This document shows, one piece after another, positions 46,756 to 57,121 of a DNA stretch of 64,000 nucleotides. The notes below the pieces were generated by a model, which saw nothing but the letters and a program-made list of their open reading frames with translations, made no database searches and was not told the origin of the DNA. The number at the start of each line of letters is the position of its first letter. Position 1 is the stretch's first letter. This stretch comes from an uncultured Succinivibrio sp. (GTDB lineage Bacteria; Pseudomonadota; Gammaproteobacteria; Enterobacterales; Succinivibrionaceae), in NCBI GenBank assembly GCA_900767695.1, contig CAAGAC010000030.1, positions 48,728-112,727 on the forward strand, read 5' to 3'. Position numbers and translations under genes: made by a program.

Positions 46756-47373
46756 ATGGCAAAACCCTACATTACCCGCGAAGGCTACGACCAACTCCAC
46801 AAGGAGCTTGACTACCTGTGGAACGTGAAGCGCCCCGACGTGACCGCCAAGGTCGCGTGGGCGGCGAGCCTGGGCGACCGCTCGGAGAACGCCGACTACC
46901 ACTACAACAAGAGGCTGCTCGGCCAGATCGACCGCCGTGTGCGCTTCCTCAGGCACTGCATGAACGATCTCCAGGTGATCACCTACAACCCCCAGCAGGA
47001 GGGCAGGGTGTTCTTCGGGGCCTACGTCGAAATAGAGTCGGACGATGACGAGCCGGTGACCATGAGGATCCGCATCGTCGGCGGCGAGGAGATCTTCGGG
47101 CGCGACAACTACATCTCGGTTGACTCGCCGATGGCGAGGGCGCTGCTGGGAAAGCAGGTGGACGACGAGGCCACGGTCAAGACCCCGAAGGGCGACAAGA
47201 TCTGGTACGTCAACAAGATCTCCTACAAGGCCCCGGACTGGTTTGAGGAGCTCCCCATCGAGGACCGCTTCCTGCGCGAGGACGACGATCAGTCCGAGGA
47301 AGCCGTGGAGGAGGTTTCAGAGGAGGAGCAGAAGAAGATCCAGGAAGAGTACATGGCCACGCTGGTCAAGTGA
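46756..47373 (+). CDS. greB: Transcription elongation factor GreB with acidic C-terminal extension
   Basis: ITREGY, WAASLGDRSENADY.YNK..L..IDRRVRFL, ISVDSPMARALL. Confidence 0.96.
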   Translation: MAKPYITREGYDQLHKELDYLWNVKRPDVTAKVAWAASLGDRSENADYHYNKRLLGQIDRRVRFLRHCMNDLQVITYNPQQEGRVFFGAYVEIESDDDEPVTMRIRIVGGEEIFGRDNYISVDSPMARALLGKQVDDEATVKTPKGDKIWYVNKISYKAPDWFEELPIEDRFLREDDDQSEEAVEEVSEEEQKKIQEEYMATLVK

Positions 47374-47374
47374 C

Positions 47375-47962
47375 TCAGATCATGACGCTCAGGTTCTCGC
47401 CGGGGCTGTAGCTGCGGACGATGCCGTTGTAGCGCGCGCTCACGGCCTGGGAGGCAAGGATGTCCTGGCCTTCCTTGGCAGCCTGGGCCGAGTAGCGGGC
47501 GAACGAAGGGCGCGCTGCCTCGCTTTTGCGGATCTCCTTCTCCTCCTGCGAGCTCTGGGCCGATCCTGAATAGGACGCGGCCACCGACTGCGCCGAGGTC
47601 TCGGCGACAGTGCCCTGGCCCGAGGACACCCTCGATGCGGCCTGGATCTTCTGGGACTGCGCGGTCTGCGCGGTGCTCTTGCCTTCAGCCTCGCTGCCGC
47701 CGCCATTTCCCTTCGAGGAGTTCTTGCCGCCGCTCTGCTGCCTGCGCCTGCCGTCCTCCTGGATGACTACCTGGGACTGGGCGTAGAGGGTGGAGTTGGT
47801 GCCGGAGGTGGCCTGGGATCCGGCCTGCCCGGAAGCAGCGGAGTTCTGGGACTGGACGGGCTCGGGGATGGTCTGGCGGGCAAGGTTGTCCCGCTTGGCC
47901 CCCTCGACGCTAGGCGAGAAGACTGGCGGCGCTATGTTCGCGGCATAAGTTGCAACTTCCAT
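47375..47962 (-). CDS. Hypothetical Ser/Gln/Ala-rich low-complexity protein
   Basis: Open frame with host-like codon use, filling the greB-bioH gap and preceded by a sigma-28-like promoter. Confidence 0.7.
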   Translation of the reverse strand: MEVATYAANIAPPVFSPSVEGAKRDNLARQTIPEPVQSQNSAASGQAGSQATSGTNSTLYAQSQVVIQEDGRRRQQSGGKNSSKGNGGGSEAEGKSTAQTAQSQKIQAASRVSSGQGTVAETSAQSVAASYSGSAQSSQEEKEIRKSEAARPSFARYSAQAAKEGQDILASQAVSARYNGIVRSYSPGENLSVMI

Positions 47963-48000
47963 TTTGCGAAATCCCCAGGCGCACCTTTCCTTCATCTTGG

Positions 48001-48028
48001 TTAACGGCCATTTTTGAAGCAGCCTTTA
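48001..48028 (-). promoter_or_regulatory. Sigma-28 (FliA)-like promoter
   Basis: Minus strand reads TAAA-N16-GCCGTTAA (consensus TAAA-N15/16-GCCGATAA), 38 nt before the ATG at 47962. Confidence 0.55.
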
Positions 48029-48062
48029 ACAAAATCGACAAAAAATTTTTAGCGCTTGAAGA

Positions 48063-48848
48063 TCAGTGCGTTAGGAAGGGGTCGACGGCCTTGGCAAAGG
48101 CTTCTGGCTCGGTGATGAAGGGCATGTGGGCCGAGTGCTCGAGGATCAGGCACTCGCTCTGGCGCCTCCGGCCCATGATCTCCGCCTGCTCCCTGGGCAC
48201 CAGCAGGTCAAGCCCCCCGAAGACGTGGAGCGCCGGGTTTTCCATGCGCATGAAGTCCTCGCGCTCGTCCAGTCCTGACATGAAGTCCACCCCGGCCTTG
48301 AGCACGCTGTATGGCGGCAGCTTGAAGGATTCGAGGCACCTGGCGATGCGGTCGCCCCCGAGGCCGTGGCGCTGCGCGGCGTAGAAGATGGCGATGAGGT
48401 GCGGCGCGGCCTTTGGGGTGAAGCTCTCAAGGAGCTTCCTGCAGTAGCGCTCGCCAAGCCCGGGGTTTCCCGGGGAGTTCGGAAAGCGCGGGCTGCCGCA
48501 GACCGTGATGAGCCTGCCCTTGAACATCCCGCGCGCGCACAGGGCAATCCCAAGCAGGGTCGAGAGCGACCAGCACATGAGATCGCAGCCTTCAGGCAGC
48601 GATGCGCAAAGCAGGTCAACCGTGAGATCGAAGTCGGGCGCCGCGTCGGCAAGAGAGGCGCTGCGGCCGTAGCCTGGGAGATCGAGAAGGTAGACGCGCC
48701 TGTCCGGGAACAGGGCGGGGATGCAGGAGGTGAAGGACGAGTCGGCGGCCCAGCCGTGGATCACGGCAAGGGGCCGCCCGCTGATCGGGCCAGAGGCCAG
48801 GAAGCCGAGCTTGCGCCCGGCTTCCCTGCGGCGGCAGCCGTCAGACAT
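48063..48848 (-). CDS. bioH: BioH-like alpha/beta hydrolase (pimeloyl-ACP methyl ester esterase)
   Basis: [15 protein letters not shown] nucleophile, SPRF, D.LVP, SAHMPF. Confidence 0.75.
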   Translation of the reverse strand: MSDGCRRREAGRKLGFLASGPISGRPLAVIHGWAADSSFTSCIPALFPDRRVYLLDLPGYGRSASLADAAPDFDLTVDLLCASLPEGCDLMCWSLSTLLGIALCARGMFKGRLITVCGSPRFPNSPGNPGLGERYCRKLLESFTPKAAPHLIAIFYAAQRHGLGGDRIARCLESFKLPPYSVLKAGVDFMSGLDEREDFMRMENPALHVFGGLDLLVPREQAEIMGRRRQSECLILEHSAHMPFITEPEAFAKAVDPFLTH

Positions 48849-49491
48849 TGTGCTTTTCGCGGTACTTGATGAGATCCGAGATGGTGACTGCGGTGAGATC
48901 GTGCTCGAGCGCGAAGTTGACGACGCGCGGGAGCTTGGCCATCAGCCCGTCGGGCGCGCAGAGCTCGCAGAGCACGCCGGCAGGCTCAAGCCCAGCAAGG
49001 CGGGCAAAGTCCACCGAAGCCTCGGTGTGGCCGTCGCGCTCGAGCACGCCGCCGTCCTTGGCAATCAGCGGGAAGGTGTGGCCAGGGGCCACGAGATCGG
49101 AGGGCTTGCCCTCGGGGTTTATCACGGCGCGTACGGCCTTGACGCGGTCGGGCGCGGAGACGCCGGTGGTGACGCCCTCAGCCGCGTCGACCGAGACGGT
49201 GAAGGCGGTGCCGTAGGTCGAGGTGTTGTGGGAGACCATGAGGTTGAGCCCCATGCGCTTTGCCTGCGCCTCGTGGATGCAGACGCAGACGATCCCCGAG
49301 CACTCGCGGATCATGAACGCCATCTGGGCGTCGGTGATGGTCTGCGCCGCGAAGATCAGATCGCCTTCGTTCTCGCGGTCCTCGTTGTCGGCGACCATGA
49401 TGCCGCGGCCCTTGCGCAACGCCTCGAGCGCAGCCTCGACGCGCTCGTCGCTGTCGGAGCCGAATACTTCAAGCAGGCTTTTCCTTGACAT
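48841..49491 (-). CDS. ribB: 3,4-dihydroxy-2-butanone-4-phosphate synthase
   Basis: [42 protein letters not shown] 49491 with GAGAG RBS. Confidence 0.96.
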   Translation of the reverse strand: MSRKSLLEVFGSDSDERVEAALEALRKGRGIMVADNEDRENEGDLIFAAQTITDAQMAFMIRECSGIVCVCIHEAQAKRMGLNLMVSHNTSTYGTAFTVSVDAAEGVTTGVSAPDRVKAVRAVINPEGKPSDLVAPGHTFPLIAKDGGVLERDGHTEASVDFARLAGLEPAGVLCELCAPDGLMAKLPRVVNFALEHDLTAVTISDLIKYREKHNV

Positions 49492-49558
49492 TGTTGTTCT
49501 CTCGTATAAGTCAGAAAGGTGTATTGAATTATATCTTGAAACGCAAATTCCAAGCCTT

Positions 49559-50770
49559 TCAGGGATTGAGCGCCTTCTCCTTCGGATCCTTGAGCATCGC
49601 GAGCACGGCCATGCCGACGGCAAGCGCCGGCAGCACGGTCACGGCAAAGCCAGCCTGCAGACCGATCACGTCGCCGATGGCGCCGGTGATGACCGAGAGC
49701 ATGTAGCCGATGCCGAAGGTGAAGCCGAGCATCATCGAGGTGGCGAACGCCGCGGCCTGGCGCGAGAGCAGGCGCTCGGACCAGACGATGGCCGCCGGGG
49801 TCGAGCCGTAGAGGCCTGCGCCGGTCATGAAGAGCGCGACGACCGAGAGCGCGCTCAGGTCGGCGCGCCACAGGAAGATGGCGCAGAAGATCAGGGACAC
49901 GACGTACGAGCCCATGATGATCTTTTTGAGGCCGACGCGCATCGCCGCGCCGCCCACCGCAAGGCCTCCGGTCGCGGTGCCCAGGAGCATGACCATCGAG
50001 GCCGAGGCGCTATGGACGCTGTCAAAGCCGTGGGAGGAGAGCAGGAGCGGCAGGTACATGATGAACGCGCAGTAGCACCACGAGCGCAGCCCGACGCTCA
50101 GCGTCAGCAGCATGAAGTCGCGGTTGCGCAGGATGTCGCGGGCGCTCGGCAGCTCGGCAACCGCGCCGGGCGAGGTGCGGCGCACGTGCAGGCGGCGCAT
50201 GCAGATGAGGGCGGCGGTGAGCACTGCAGGAAGCGAGAGCCAGGGCAGGCTCTCGCCGCTGAAGTGGTCGAGGAAGATCGCGACGATCACCGGCGCTATG
50301 GCAAAGCCGATGTTGCCGCCTGCGATGAAGATCGAGGTCGCGAGCACGTCGCGGCCCTTGGGCGCGACCTGCGGGACGATGCCGCCTGCGACCGGGTGGA
50401 AGCCCGAGGAGCAGAAGCCCGAGAGCAGGATGATCGCAAGCAGTAGCCACACCGAGTTCACGAGCGTCACCGCGCACGCGAAGATGGCTCCGGTGAGGAT
50501 CGAGGCGGGCATGATCCAGCCTATGCCGTGGCGGTCGGCGTAGAGGCCGATGGGCGGCTGGAGGAAGCTTGCCACGACCTGGAAGGCCATGAAGAGCGCG
50601 CCGCACTCGGAGTAGGAGAGGCCGAAGCGCCTTGCGAGCATCGGCAGCAGGATGGGCAGGATGTCGCAGAAGAAGTCGCTCATGAAGTGGCCGCAGCCCA
50701 TGAGCAGGACGTTGCCCCAGCCGCGTTCAGGCCCGCGCGGCGCGGGAACTGAAATTGCGCTCACTGGCAT
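49559..50770 (-). CDS. MFS transporter, Fsr-like
   Basis: About 12 TM segments; HF.SD, LQP.IG..ADR, SSGFHP and SIF..GGN.GFA..P motifs. Confidence 0.85.
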   Translation of the reverse strand: MPVSAISVPAPRGPERGWGNVLLMGCGHFMSDFFCDILPILLPMLARRFGLSYSECGALFMAFQVVASFLQPPIGLYADRHGIGWIMPASILTGAIFACAVTLVNSVWLLLAIILLSGFCSSGFHPVAGGIVPQVAPKGRDVLATSIFIAGGNIGFAIAPVIVAIFLDHFSGESLPWLSLPAVLTAALICMRRLHVRRTSPGAVAELPSARDILRNRDFMLLTLSVGLRSWCYCAFIMYLPLLLSSHGFDSVHSASASMVMLLGTATGGLAVGGAAMRVGLKKIIMGSYVVSLIFCAIFLWRADLSALSVVALFMTGAGLYGSTPAAIVWSERLLSRQAAAFATSMMLGFTFGIGYMLSVITGAIGDVIGLQAGFAVTVLPALAVGMAVLAMLKDPKEKALNP

Positions 50771-51663
50771 GACCTCGCGCGCAGGGCCTCAAGCTCGGCC
50801 TTGGTGAACTCGTACTCGCGCCCGCAGTGCTGGCAGGTCATTCTCGCCCCGCCCTGCTCGCTGATGATGGCCTCGAGCTCGCGCGGATCCATGCTCATGA
50901 GCGCGTTCTCGCAGCGCGCCTTCGAGCAGATGCAGCGGAAGGCGACCTTGCGCGAGGGCAGGAGCCTCACCACCTCGTGGGCAAAGAGCCTTGAGAGGAT
51001 GTCGGTGATGGAGAGCTGCCAGAGCTCGCCTGCGGTGATGGTCGAGGCGAGCACCGAGAGGTGGTCGAGCGAGTCCTGGTTGCCCGGAACCTCGGGGATC
51101 ACCTGGAGCATGATCCCGCCTGCGGCCTCGTGCTGGGGATCGCTTTTTATGAAGAACCTCGTGGGCAGCTGCGCCGAGTCCCTGAAGTAGTTCTCAAGGG
51201 CGCCTGCGACAGACTCGGTGCCAAGCGGCACGATGCCCTGCCAGCGGTCCTTCGCGTCCCCCTCGGGGAAGATGGTGATCGCAAGCACCCCGTCCTGCCC
51301 TGCAAGCGAGGCGAACGGGAGGCCGTCGGGGCAGGGGATCGCCGGATCGAGGCTTGCCGATCCGTAGAAGGTGCCGTCGGGCCTGGTGTTGATGAGCGCG
51401 AACTTGAGCGGCGAGCCGCTGCCGCTCCTTATCTGGAGCATGACCTCAGAGCCGTCCTTCAGCGTCGCGCAGAAAAGCTGCGAGGCCGCCGCAAGGTCGA
51501 GCATCAGCGACTTGACGCAGGCGGGGTAGGAGTGGGGCTTTAAGAGCTCGGCGCAGGGCTCGTGCATGTGCAGGATCTCCCCGCGCACGCCCTTGTGGTT
51601 GTCGAAGAGGAAGCGCAGCAGGCTGTCGCAGTCTTCGGCAAAGGCTGGATTGGTGTCGGTCAT
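50761..51663 (-). CDS. hslO: Redox-regulated chaperone Hsp33
   Basis: RFLF...VRGE, QGIVPL, YF..S.QLPT, CxC...CxxC Zn centre. Confidence 0.95.
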   Translation of the reverse strand: MTDTNPAFAEDCDSLLRFLFDNHKGVRGEILHMHEPCAELLKPHSYPACVKSLMLDLAAASQLFCATLKDGSEVMLQIRSGSGSPLKFALINTRPDGTFYGSASLDPAIPCPDGLPFASLAGQDGVLAITIFPEGDAKDRWQGIVPLGTESVAGALENYFRDSAQLPTRFFIKSDPQHEAAGGIMLQVIPEVPGNQDSLDHLSVLASTITAGELWQLSITDILSRLFAHEVVRLLPSRKVAFRCICSKARCENALMSMDPRELEAIISEQGGARMTCQHCGREYEFTKAELEALRARSCQ

Positions 51664-52064
51664 TTGCTGTATCCGCCGTACTTGATGGAAAGCAGCGCCC
51701 TGCGCTCCTTCTTGCTCGGACGCGAGTCGGGATGGGGCGCGAGGAGGGCGTTCATCTTGAGCTGGGCTATCTGCCTCTCGCGCGAGGCCGCGCCTTCCTC
51801 GGTCTCGCGGTAGAGCTTGCAAGCCTCGCTTGCGGGGCCGCGCACGTCGGAGATGCCGGTCACCTCGACCTCGATGCGCAGGTTGCCCTTGAGGAGCCTC
51901 ACCAGCGCCCCGATCTCCACGGTGCGCGCTGGCTTGGCCCTGGTTCCGTTGTAGTCGACCTTGCCGCCTTCGATCATCTCGCGGGCGATGCTGCGGGTCT
52001 TGTAGAACCTGGCGGCCCACAGCCACTTGTCCAGGCGCACTGCGCCGGCGGGATCTTTTGTCAT
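51660..52064 (-). CDS. hslR: Ribosome-associated heat shock protein Hsp15
   Basis: VRLDKWLWAARFYKTRS, RGPA, RPSKKERR. Confidence 0.97.
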   Translation of the reverse strand: MTKDPAGAVRLDKWLWAARFYKTRSIAREMIEGGKVDYNGTRAKPARTVEIGALVRLLKGNLRIEVEVTGISDVRGPASEACKLYRETEEGAASRERQIAQLKMNALLAPHPDSRPSKKERRALLSIKYGGYSK

Positions 52065-52141
52065 CTTGCTGTGTCCGGATGGACGGTATTTGGTATCGTG
52101 CTAAACAACAGCGGAAGTATAGCAGGAACATGGGGATCTGA

Positions 52142-52723
52142 ATGGAGATCGGGGATTTGCCAAGGCTTCAGGAGCGCGTCCCGAAGGTGCTCGCAAGCCG
52201 CAGGAAGAAGGTGTCGAGGTTCTTCACGGTCGAGGAGCTCGATCTGAGGTTCTCAAACGGTGAGGAGCGCACCTACGAGAGGCTTGTCGGCGGCAACGGC
52301 GCCGTGGAGATAGTCCCATGGGACGGGAGGAACTTCCTGATGACCGCCGAGTACGCCTGCGGCTTTGAAAGCTACGAGCTTGGCTTCGTCAAAGGAAAGA
52401 TAGACAAGGGCGAGACCCCCGAGCAGGCCTGCGAGCGCGAGCTTGAGGAGGAGATAGGCTACGGCTTTCGCGACTGCATCAAGCTCAAGGACGTCATGAA
52501 GGTGGCCCCGGGCATGCTCTCGCTGCGCATGCACACCTTCCTGTGCACCGGGATCTTCGAGAAGAAGCTCGACACCGGCGACGAGCCCGAACCCATCGAT
52601 CTCGTGAAGGTCTCCCCAGAGCAGGCGAGGCAGCTCATCTTCGACCCGTCATCCCCGCTTACCGAGTCCCGCGCGATCGCCTGCCTGACCCTGGCGATGC
52701 ACGCGCTGGGCATGCTCGGATGA
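52142..52723 (+). CDS. nudE: ADP compounds hydrolase NudE
   Basis: LDLRFSNG.ERTYER, Nudix box KG.IDKGE....A.REL.EEIGY, GDEPEP. Confidence 0.92.
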   Translation: MEIGDLPRLQERVPKVLASRRKKVSRFFTVEELDLRFSNGEERTYERLVGGNGAVEIVPWDGRNFLMTAEYACGFESYELGFVKGKIDKGETPEQACERELEEEIGYGFRDCIKLKDVMKVAPGMLSLRMHTFLCTGIFEKKLDTGDEPEPIDLVKVSPEQARQLIFDPSSPLTESRAIACLTLAMHALGMLG

Positions 52724-52878
52724 GCGTGCTTTTTTTATGAGCGCAACCGCCCGCGGCCGCACCCCGCGGGCGGTTTTTGCTAATATGGGCTTCGTTGTTT
52801 GTTTTTTTAAAGAGAACAGCGGGCAGTCCTGGAAGGAAGGGATGCGGCGGCTGTTCTTTTGATTTTTCCGGAGTGGAC

Positions 52879-53787
52879 ATGCTTCATCTTTTAACCGGCT
52901 TTGAGTTCGACCAGGACGGGTATCTGGAGATCCTCGACACGGCATCTGCCATGAAGAAGGATCCGCGGAAGTACTCGCAGGTGCTCGCCGGCCGCAGCGG
53001 CGCGATCATGTTCGAGAAGCCCTCGCTTCGCACCAGGACCACCTTCGAGCTTGCCTTCTACCGCTTAGGCGGCCACGGCATCTACCTCGACCTGCAGAAC
53101 GGCGATCTCGGCAAGCGCGAGACCATCGGCGACTACGCGCGCAACCTCTCCCGCTGGGTCGACTGCCTCGTGGGCAGGGTCTACTCGCAGCGCACCCTCG
53201 AGGAGCTTGCCAAGTACGGCTCCGTGCCGGTCATCAACGCGCTCTCCGACCTCTACCATCCGGCGCAGGCCATGGCCGACTACCTGACCGTGCGCGAGCA
53301 CCTGGGCCGCCTCAAGGGCGTCAACCTCTGCTACGCCGGCGACGGCAACAACGTCACCAACTCGCTCCTGGTCGCAGGAGCGACGCTGGGCGTCAACGTC
53401 AGCTGCTGCGTGCCCGAGGGCTGCGGCCCCGACGTGCAGATCTACACCAGGGCCCGCGAGATCGCCAGGAAGAACGGCTGCGAGCTCAAGGTCTTCAACG
53501 ATCCCTCCCTCATCAAGGGGATGGACGTGCTCTACACCGACACCTGGGTCTCCATGGGCGACAACACCCCGCTGGACAGCGTGCGCAAGAAGTACATGCC
53601 CTACCAGATCAATGAGGCCCTGGTCGAGCAGTCGGGCGCGCAGATCGTCCTGCACTGCCTGCCTGCCCACCGCAACTACGAGATCACCGACGAAGTCATG
53701 GACGGCCCCAAGAGCGTCGTCTTCGACGAGGCGGAGAACCGCCTGCACATCCACATGGCAGTGCTTTCAAAGTTAATCAGCGCTTGA
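52879..53787 (+). CDS. argF: Ornithine carbamoyltransferase
   Basis: [45 protein letters not shown]. Confidence 0.95.
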   Translation: MLHLLTGFEFDQDGYLEILDTASAMKKDPRKYSQVLAGRSGAIMFEKPSLRTRTTFELAFYRLGGHGIYLDLQNGDLGKRETIGDYARNLSRWVDCLVGRVYSQRTLEELAKYGSVPVINALSDLYHPAQAMADYLTVREHLGRLKGVNLCYAGDGNNVTNSLLVAGATLGVNVSCCVPEGCGPDVQIYTRAREIARKNGCELKVFNDPSLIKGMDVLYTDTWVSMGDNTPLDSVRKKYMPYQINEALVEQSGAQIVLHCLPAHRNYEITDEVMDGPKSVVFDEAENRLHIHMAVLSKLISA

Positions 53788-53797
53788 GGAAATGAAA

Positions 53798-55030
53798 ATG
53801 TCAGACAGCATCAACAAGAAGTACAAGAAAGTCCTGCTCGCCTACTCCGGCGGGCTCGACACTTCGACCATCGTGCCGTGGCTCAAGGAGAACTTCGGCT
53901 GCGAGGTGATCTGCTTCGTCGCCGACGTCGGCCAGGAGCGCGATGATCTCGACGGCATCGAGGAGAAGGCCAAGGCCTCCGGCGCCAGCAAGTGCATCAT
54001 CAAGGATCTCCGCGAGGAGTTCGTCCGCGACTACGTCTTCGAGATGATGAAGACCGGCGCCCTTTACGAGGGCACCTACCTGCTCGGCACCGCCATCGCC
54101 CGCCCGGTGATCGCCAAGGCCATGGTCGAGGCCGCCCTCGCCGAGGGCGCCGATGCCGTCGCCCACGGCGCTACCGGCAAGGGCAACGACCAGGTCAGGT
54201 TCGAGAGCGCGGTCGCCGCGCTGGCTCCGCAGCTCGACGTCATCGCCCCGTGGAGGATCTGGAACCTGAAGTCCCGCGAGGAGCTCCTGGCCTACCTCAA
54301 CGAGCGCCACATCCCCTGCAAGGCCACCCTCAAGAAGATCTACAGCCGCGACGCGAACTGTCTGCACATCTCCACCGAGGGCGGCGAGCTCGAGCACACC
54401 TGGAACGCCCCTTCGGAGAACGTCTGGGTCTGGACCACCGATCCAGAGAAGGCTCCGGACAAGCCCGAGTACCACGAGCTCACCATCAAGGACGGCGAGG
54501 TCACCGCGGTCGACGGCAAGGAGATGACACCCTACCAGGTCCTCGACCTGCTCAACACCTATGGCGCCCGCAACGGCGTCGGCAGGATCGACATCACCGA
54601 GAACCGCCTCGTCGGCATGAAGTCCCGCGGCTGCTACGAGACCCCGGGCGGCACCATCATCTACCAGGCCCTCCGCGCGGTCGAGCAGCTGGTCCTGGAC
54701 AAGTCCACCCGCGAGTTCCGCGAGAAGCTCGCTGTCGACTTCTCCCAGCTCGTCTATGACGGCCGCTGGTTCACCAGGCTCCGCGAGATCCTCGAGGCTG
54801 CCGCCGACGAGCTCGCGCACGACGTCAACGGCAAGGTCGTGGTCAAGCTCTACAAGGGCAACGTCATGGTCACCCAGAAGGACTCGCCCAACAGCCTGTT
54901 CAACTTCGACTTCGTGACCTTCGGCGCCGACCACGTCTACAGCCAGCACGACGCCGAGGGCTTCATCCGCCTGTACTCGCTGCCGGCGAGGATCCGCGCG
55001 ATCAACGCCAAGGCCAGGGAAGGCAAGTAA
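53798..55030 (+). CDS. argG: Argininosuccinate synthase
   Basis: [39 protein letters not shown]. Start 53792 or 53798. Confidence 0.98.
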   Translation: MSDSINKKYKKVLLAYSGGLDTSTIVPWLKENFGCEVICFVADVGQERDDLDGIEEKAKASGASKCIIKDLREEFVRDYVFEMMKTGALYEGTYLLGTAIARPVIAKAMVEAALAEGADAVAHGATGKGNDQVRFESAVAALAPQLDVIAPWRIWNLKSREELLAYLNERHIPCKATLKKIYSRDANCLHISTEGGELEHTWNAPSENVWVWTTDPEKAPDKPEYHELTIKDGEVTAVDGKEMTPYQVLDLLNTYGARNGVGRIDITENRLVGMKSRGCYETPGGTIIYQALRAVEQLVLDKSTREFREKLAVDFSQLVYDGRWFTRLREILEAAADELAHDVNGKVVVKLYKGNVMVTQKDSPNSLFNFDFVTFGADHVYSQHDAEGFIRLYSLPARIRAINAKAREGK

Positions 55031-55180
55031 GCCCTCCGCATGAAGGCTTGAATGCGGCGCCCTGCGGGGCGCCGTTTTGCTGTGCGGCGCCCAAAGCGGA
55101 GCCGCCGTCTGCTATATTTGAGGCCGCGCCGCACCGGCGCGGTTTTTCGATGAATGGCGCCTTGGGCGCGGGAGAATGCT

Positions 55181-56566
55181 ATGGCCTTATGGGGCGGCAG
55201 GTTCAAGGAAGGACCTGATGAGAGATTCAAGAACTACAACGACTCGCTGAAGTTCGACTACCGGATGGCGCTCGAGGACATCGAGGGCTCCGAGTGCTGG
55301 GCCGACGCCATCCACGAGGCCGGCGTGCTCACCGACGACGAGTGCGCGCGCCTGAAGCAGGCCCTTGCCGAACTGCACAAGGAGGCCGAGGATGACATCC
55401 ACTCCATCGCCTCCGCCGGCGACGAGGACATCCACTCGTACGTCGAGCGCCGCCTCATCGAAAAGGTCGGCGATCTGGGCAAGAAGCTCCACACCGGCCG
55501 CAGCCGCAACGATCAGGTGGCGCTGGATCTCAAGCTCTGGTGCCGCAAGGCCGCGCGAGAGATAGCCAGGGCCATCGTCCATCTGGAGAAGGAGCTGCTC
55601 TCCGCCGCCGACCGCTTCCAGGGCGCGGTGTTCCCCGGCTACACCCACCTCCAGAGGGCTCAGCCGGTCACCTTCTCGCACTGGATCCTCGCCTACCTGC
55701 AGATGTTCGAGCGCGACTACCAGCGCCTGAAGAACGCCGAGAGGCTCATGGAGACCTGCCCGCTCGGCTCGGCTGCCCTCGCAGGCACCGCCTACAGGAT
55801 CGACCGCGAGAAGCTTGCCAGGGCTCTGGGCTTTGACCGCGCCACCTCCAACAGCCTCGATGCCGTGTCCGACCGCGATCACGTGATGGAGCTGCTCTCC
55901 TGCGCCTCCATCTCGATGGTCCACCTCTCGCGCATGGCCGAGGATCTCATCATCTACAACTCCGGCGAGGCCCGCTTCGTGACCCTCTCGGACAAGGTGA
56001 CCTCGGGCTCCTCGCTCATGCCCCAGAAGAAGAACCCCGACTCCCTGGAGCTCATCCGCGGCAAGTGCGGCCGCGTGGTCGGCGCCCTCACCGGCATGCT
56101 CGTCACCTGCAAGGCCCTGCCGCTTGCCTACGACAAGGATCTGCAGGAGGACAAGGAGCGCCTCTTCGACGCGGTGGACACCTGGCACGACAGCCTCTAC
56201 ATGGCGTCCCTAGTCTTCGAGGGGCTCAAGCTCAACACCGAGCGCGCGCTCGAGGCGGCCAAGGGCGGCTACTCGAACGCCACCGAGCTTGCCGATTACC
56301 TCGTCTCCAAGGGGATCCCCTTCCGCGAGGCCCACTCGATCGTGGGCAGGGCGGTGCTCTACGCCATCGAGCAGAAGAAGCCGCTCGAGGATCTCAGCGT
56401 CGAGGAGTTCAGAAAGTTCAGCCCTGTGGTGGGCGATGACGTCTACGCCCCGCTGCAGATAGAGAGCATCCTTGCAAAGCGCGACATCAAGGGCGGCACC
56501 GCCCCCGCGCAGACTGCAAAGGAGATCGCCGCGCTCAAGGAGCTGCTCTCAAAGCGCGAGGGCTGA
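55181..56566 (+). CDS. argH: Argininosuccinate lyase
   Basis: [41 protein letters not shown]. Confidence 0.98.
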   Translation: MALWGGRFKEGPDERFKNYNDSLKFDYRMALEDIEGSECWADAIHEAGVLTDDECARLKQALAELHKEAEDDIHSIASAGDEDIHSYVERRLIEKVGDLGKKLHTGRSRNDQVALDLKLWCRKAAREIARAIVHLEKELLSAADRFQGAVFPGYTHLQRAQPVTFSHWILAYLQMFERDYQRLKNAERLMETCPLGSAALAGTAYRIDREKLARALGFDRATSNSLDAVSDRDHVMELLSCASISMVHLSRMAEDLIIYNSGEARFVTLSDKVTSGSSLMPQKKNPDSLELIRGKCGRVVGALTGMLVTCKALPLAYDKDLQEDKERLFDAVDTWHDSLYMASLVFEGLKLNTERALEAAKGGYSNATELADYLVSKGIPFREAHSIVGRAVLYAIEQKKPLEDLSVEEFRKFSPVVGDDVYAPLQIESILAKRDIKGGTAPAQTAKEIAALKELLSKREG

Positions 56567-56596
56567 TTAGGGCTAAAGCTATATCGCCATAAGCAG

Positions 56597-56631
56597 GCAG
56601 GCGGCGCCGGGAAACCGGTGCCGCCTGCTTT
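56597..56631. terminator. Terminator between convergent argH and dut
   Basis: GCAGGCGGCGCCGG-GAAA-CCGGTGCCGCCTGC-TTT (GNRA tetraloop). Confidence 0.8.
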
Positions 56632-56650
56632 GTCTTTGGCGCCTTGAAGC

Positions 56651-57121
56651 TCAGGAACGCCCGGTCGAGCCGAAGCCAGCGGTGCCTCGCTCGGATGACT
56701 CGGCGAACTCGTCGCAGACCTCGAATCTGGGTGAGAGCACCGGCATGAAGACCATCTGCGCGATGCGGTCGCCGGGGTTCACCGTGAACGGGGCCCTGGA
56801 GCGGTTCCAGAGCGGCACGGTGATCGGCCCCTGGTAGTCCGAGTCGATAATACCGGTGAGGTTGCCAAGCACGATGCCGCTCCTGGAGCCAAGGCCCGAG
56901 CGCGGGAAGATGCAGGCGCAGACGCCGCTGTCTCCGATGTGCATGGCAAAGCCGGCGCTCACGCTGAAGACCTCGCCCGGCTCCATCACGTGGGGACTGT
57001 CGATCATCGCGCGCAGATCGACTCCCGCCGAGCCTGCGGTCGCAGGCGAGGGCAGGGGGTACTCGGTCCCCAGGCGCGGATCGAGGATCTTCAGCTTCAC
57101 AGGAAGGGGCCTTGCGCTCAT
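56651..57121 (-). CDS. dut: dUTP diphosphatase
   Basis: GSAGVDL, PRSGLG, GIIDSDYQG, GDRIAQ, RG..GFGSTG. ATG overlaps the coaBC stop. Confidence 0.97.
   Translation of the reverse strand: MSARPLPVKLKILDPRLGTEYPLPSPATAGSAGVDLRAMIDSPHVMEPGEVFSVSAGFAMHIGDSGVCACIFPRSGLGSRSGIVLGNLTGIIDSDYQGPITVPLWNRSRAPFTVNPGDRIAQMVFMPVLSPRFEVCDEFAESSERGTAGFGSTGRS

Noticed and set aside
49492..49558. Possible FMN riboswitch ahead of ribB
   Set aside because: Only 67 nt and AT-rich, with none of the RFN conserved blocks.
52128..52165. Sigma-32 promoter for hslR (CCCCATGT on the minus strand)
   Set aside because: A good -10 but no CTTGAA-like -35 at the correct spacing, so not supportable.
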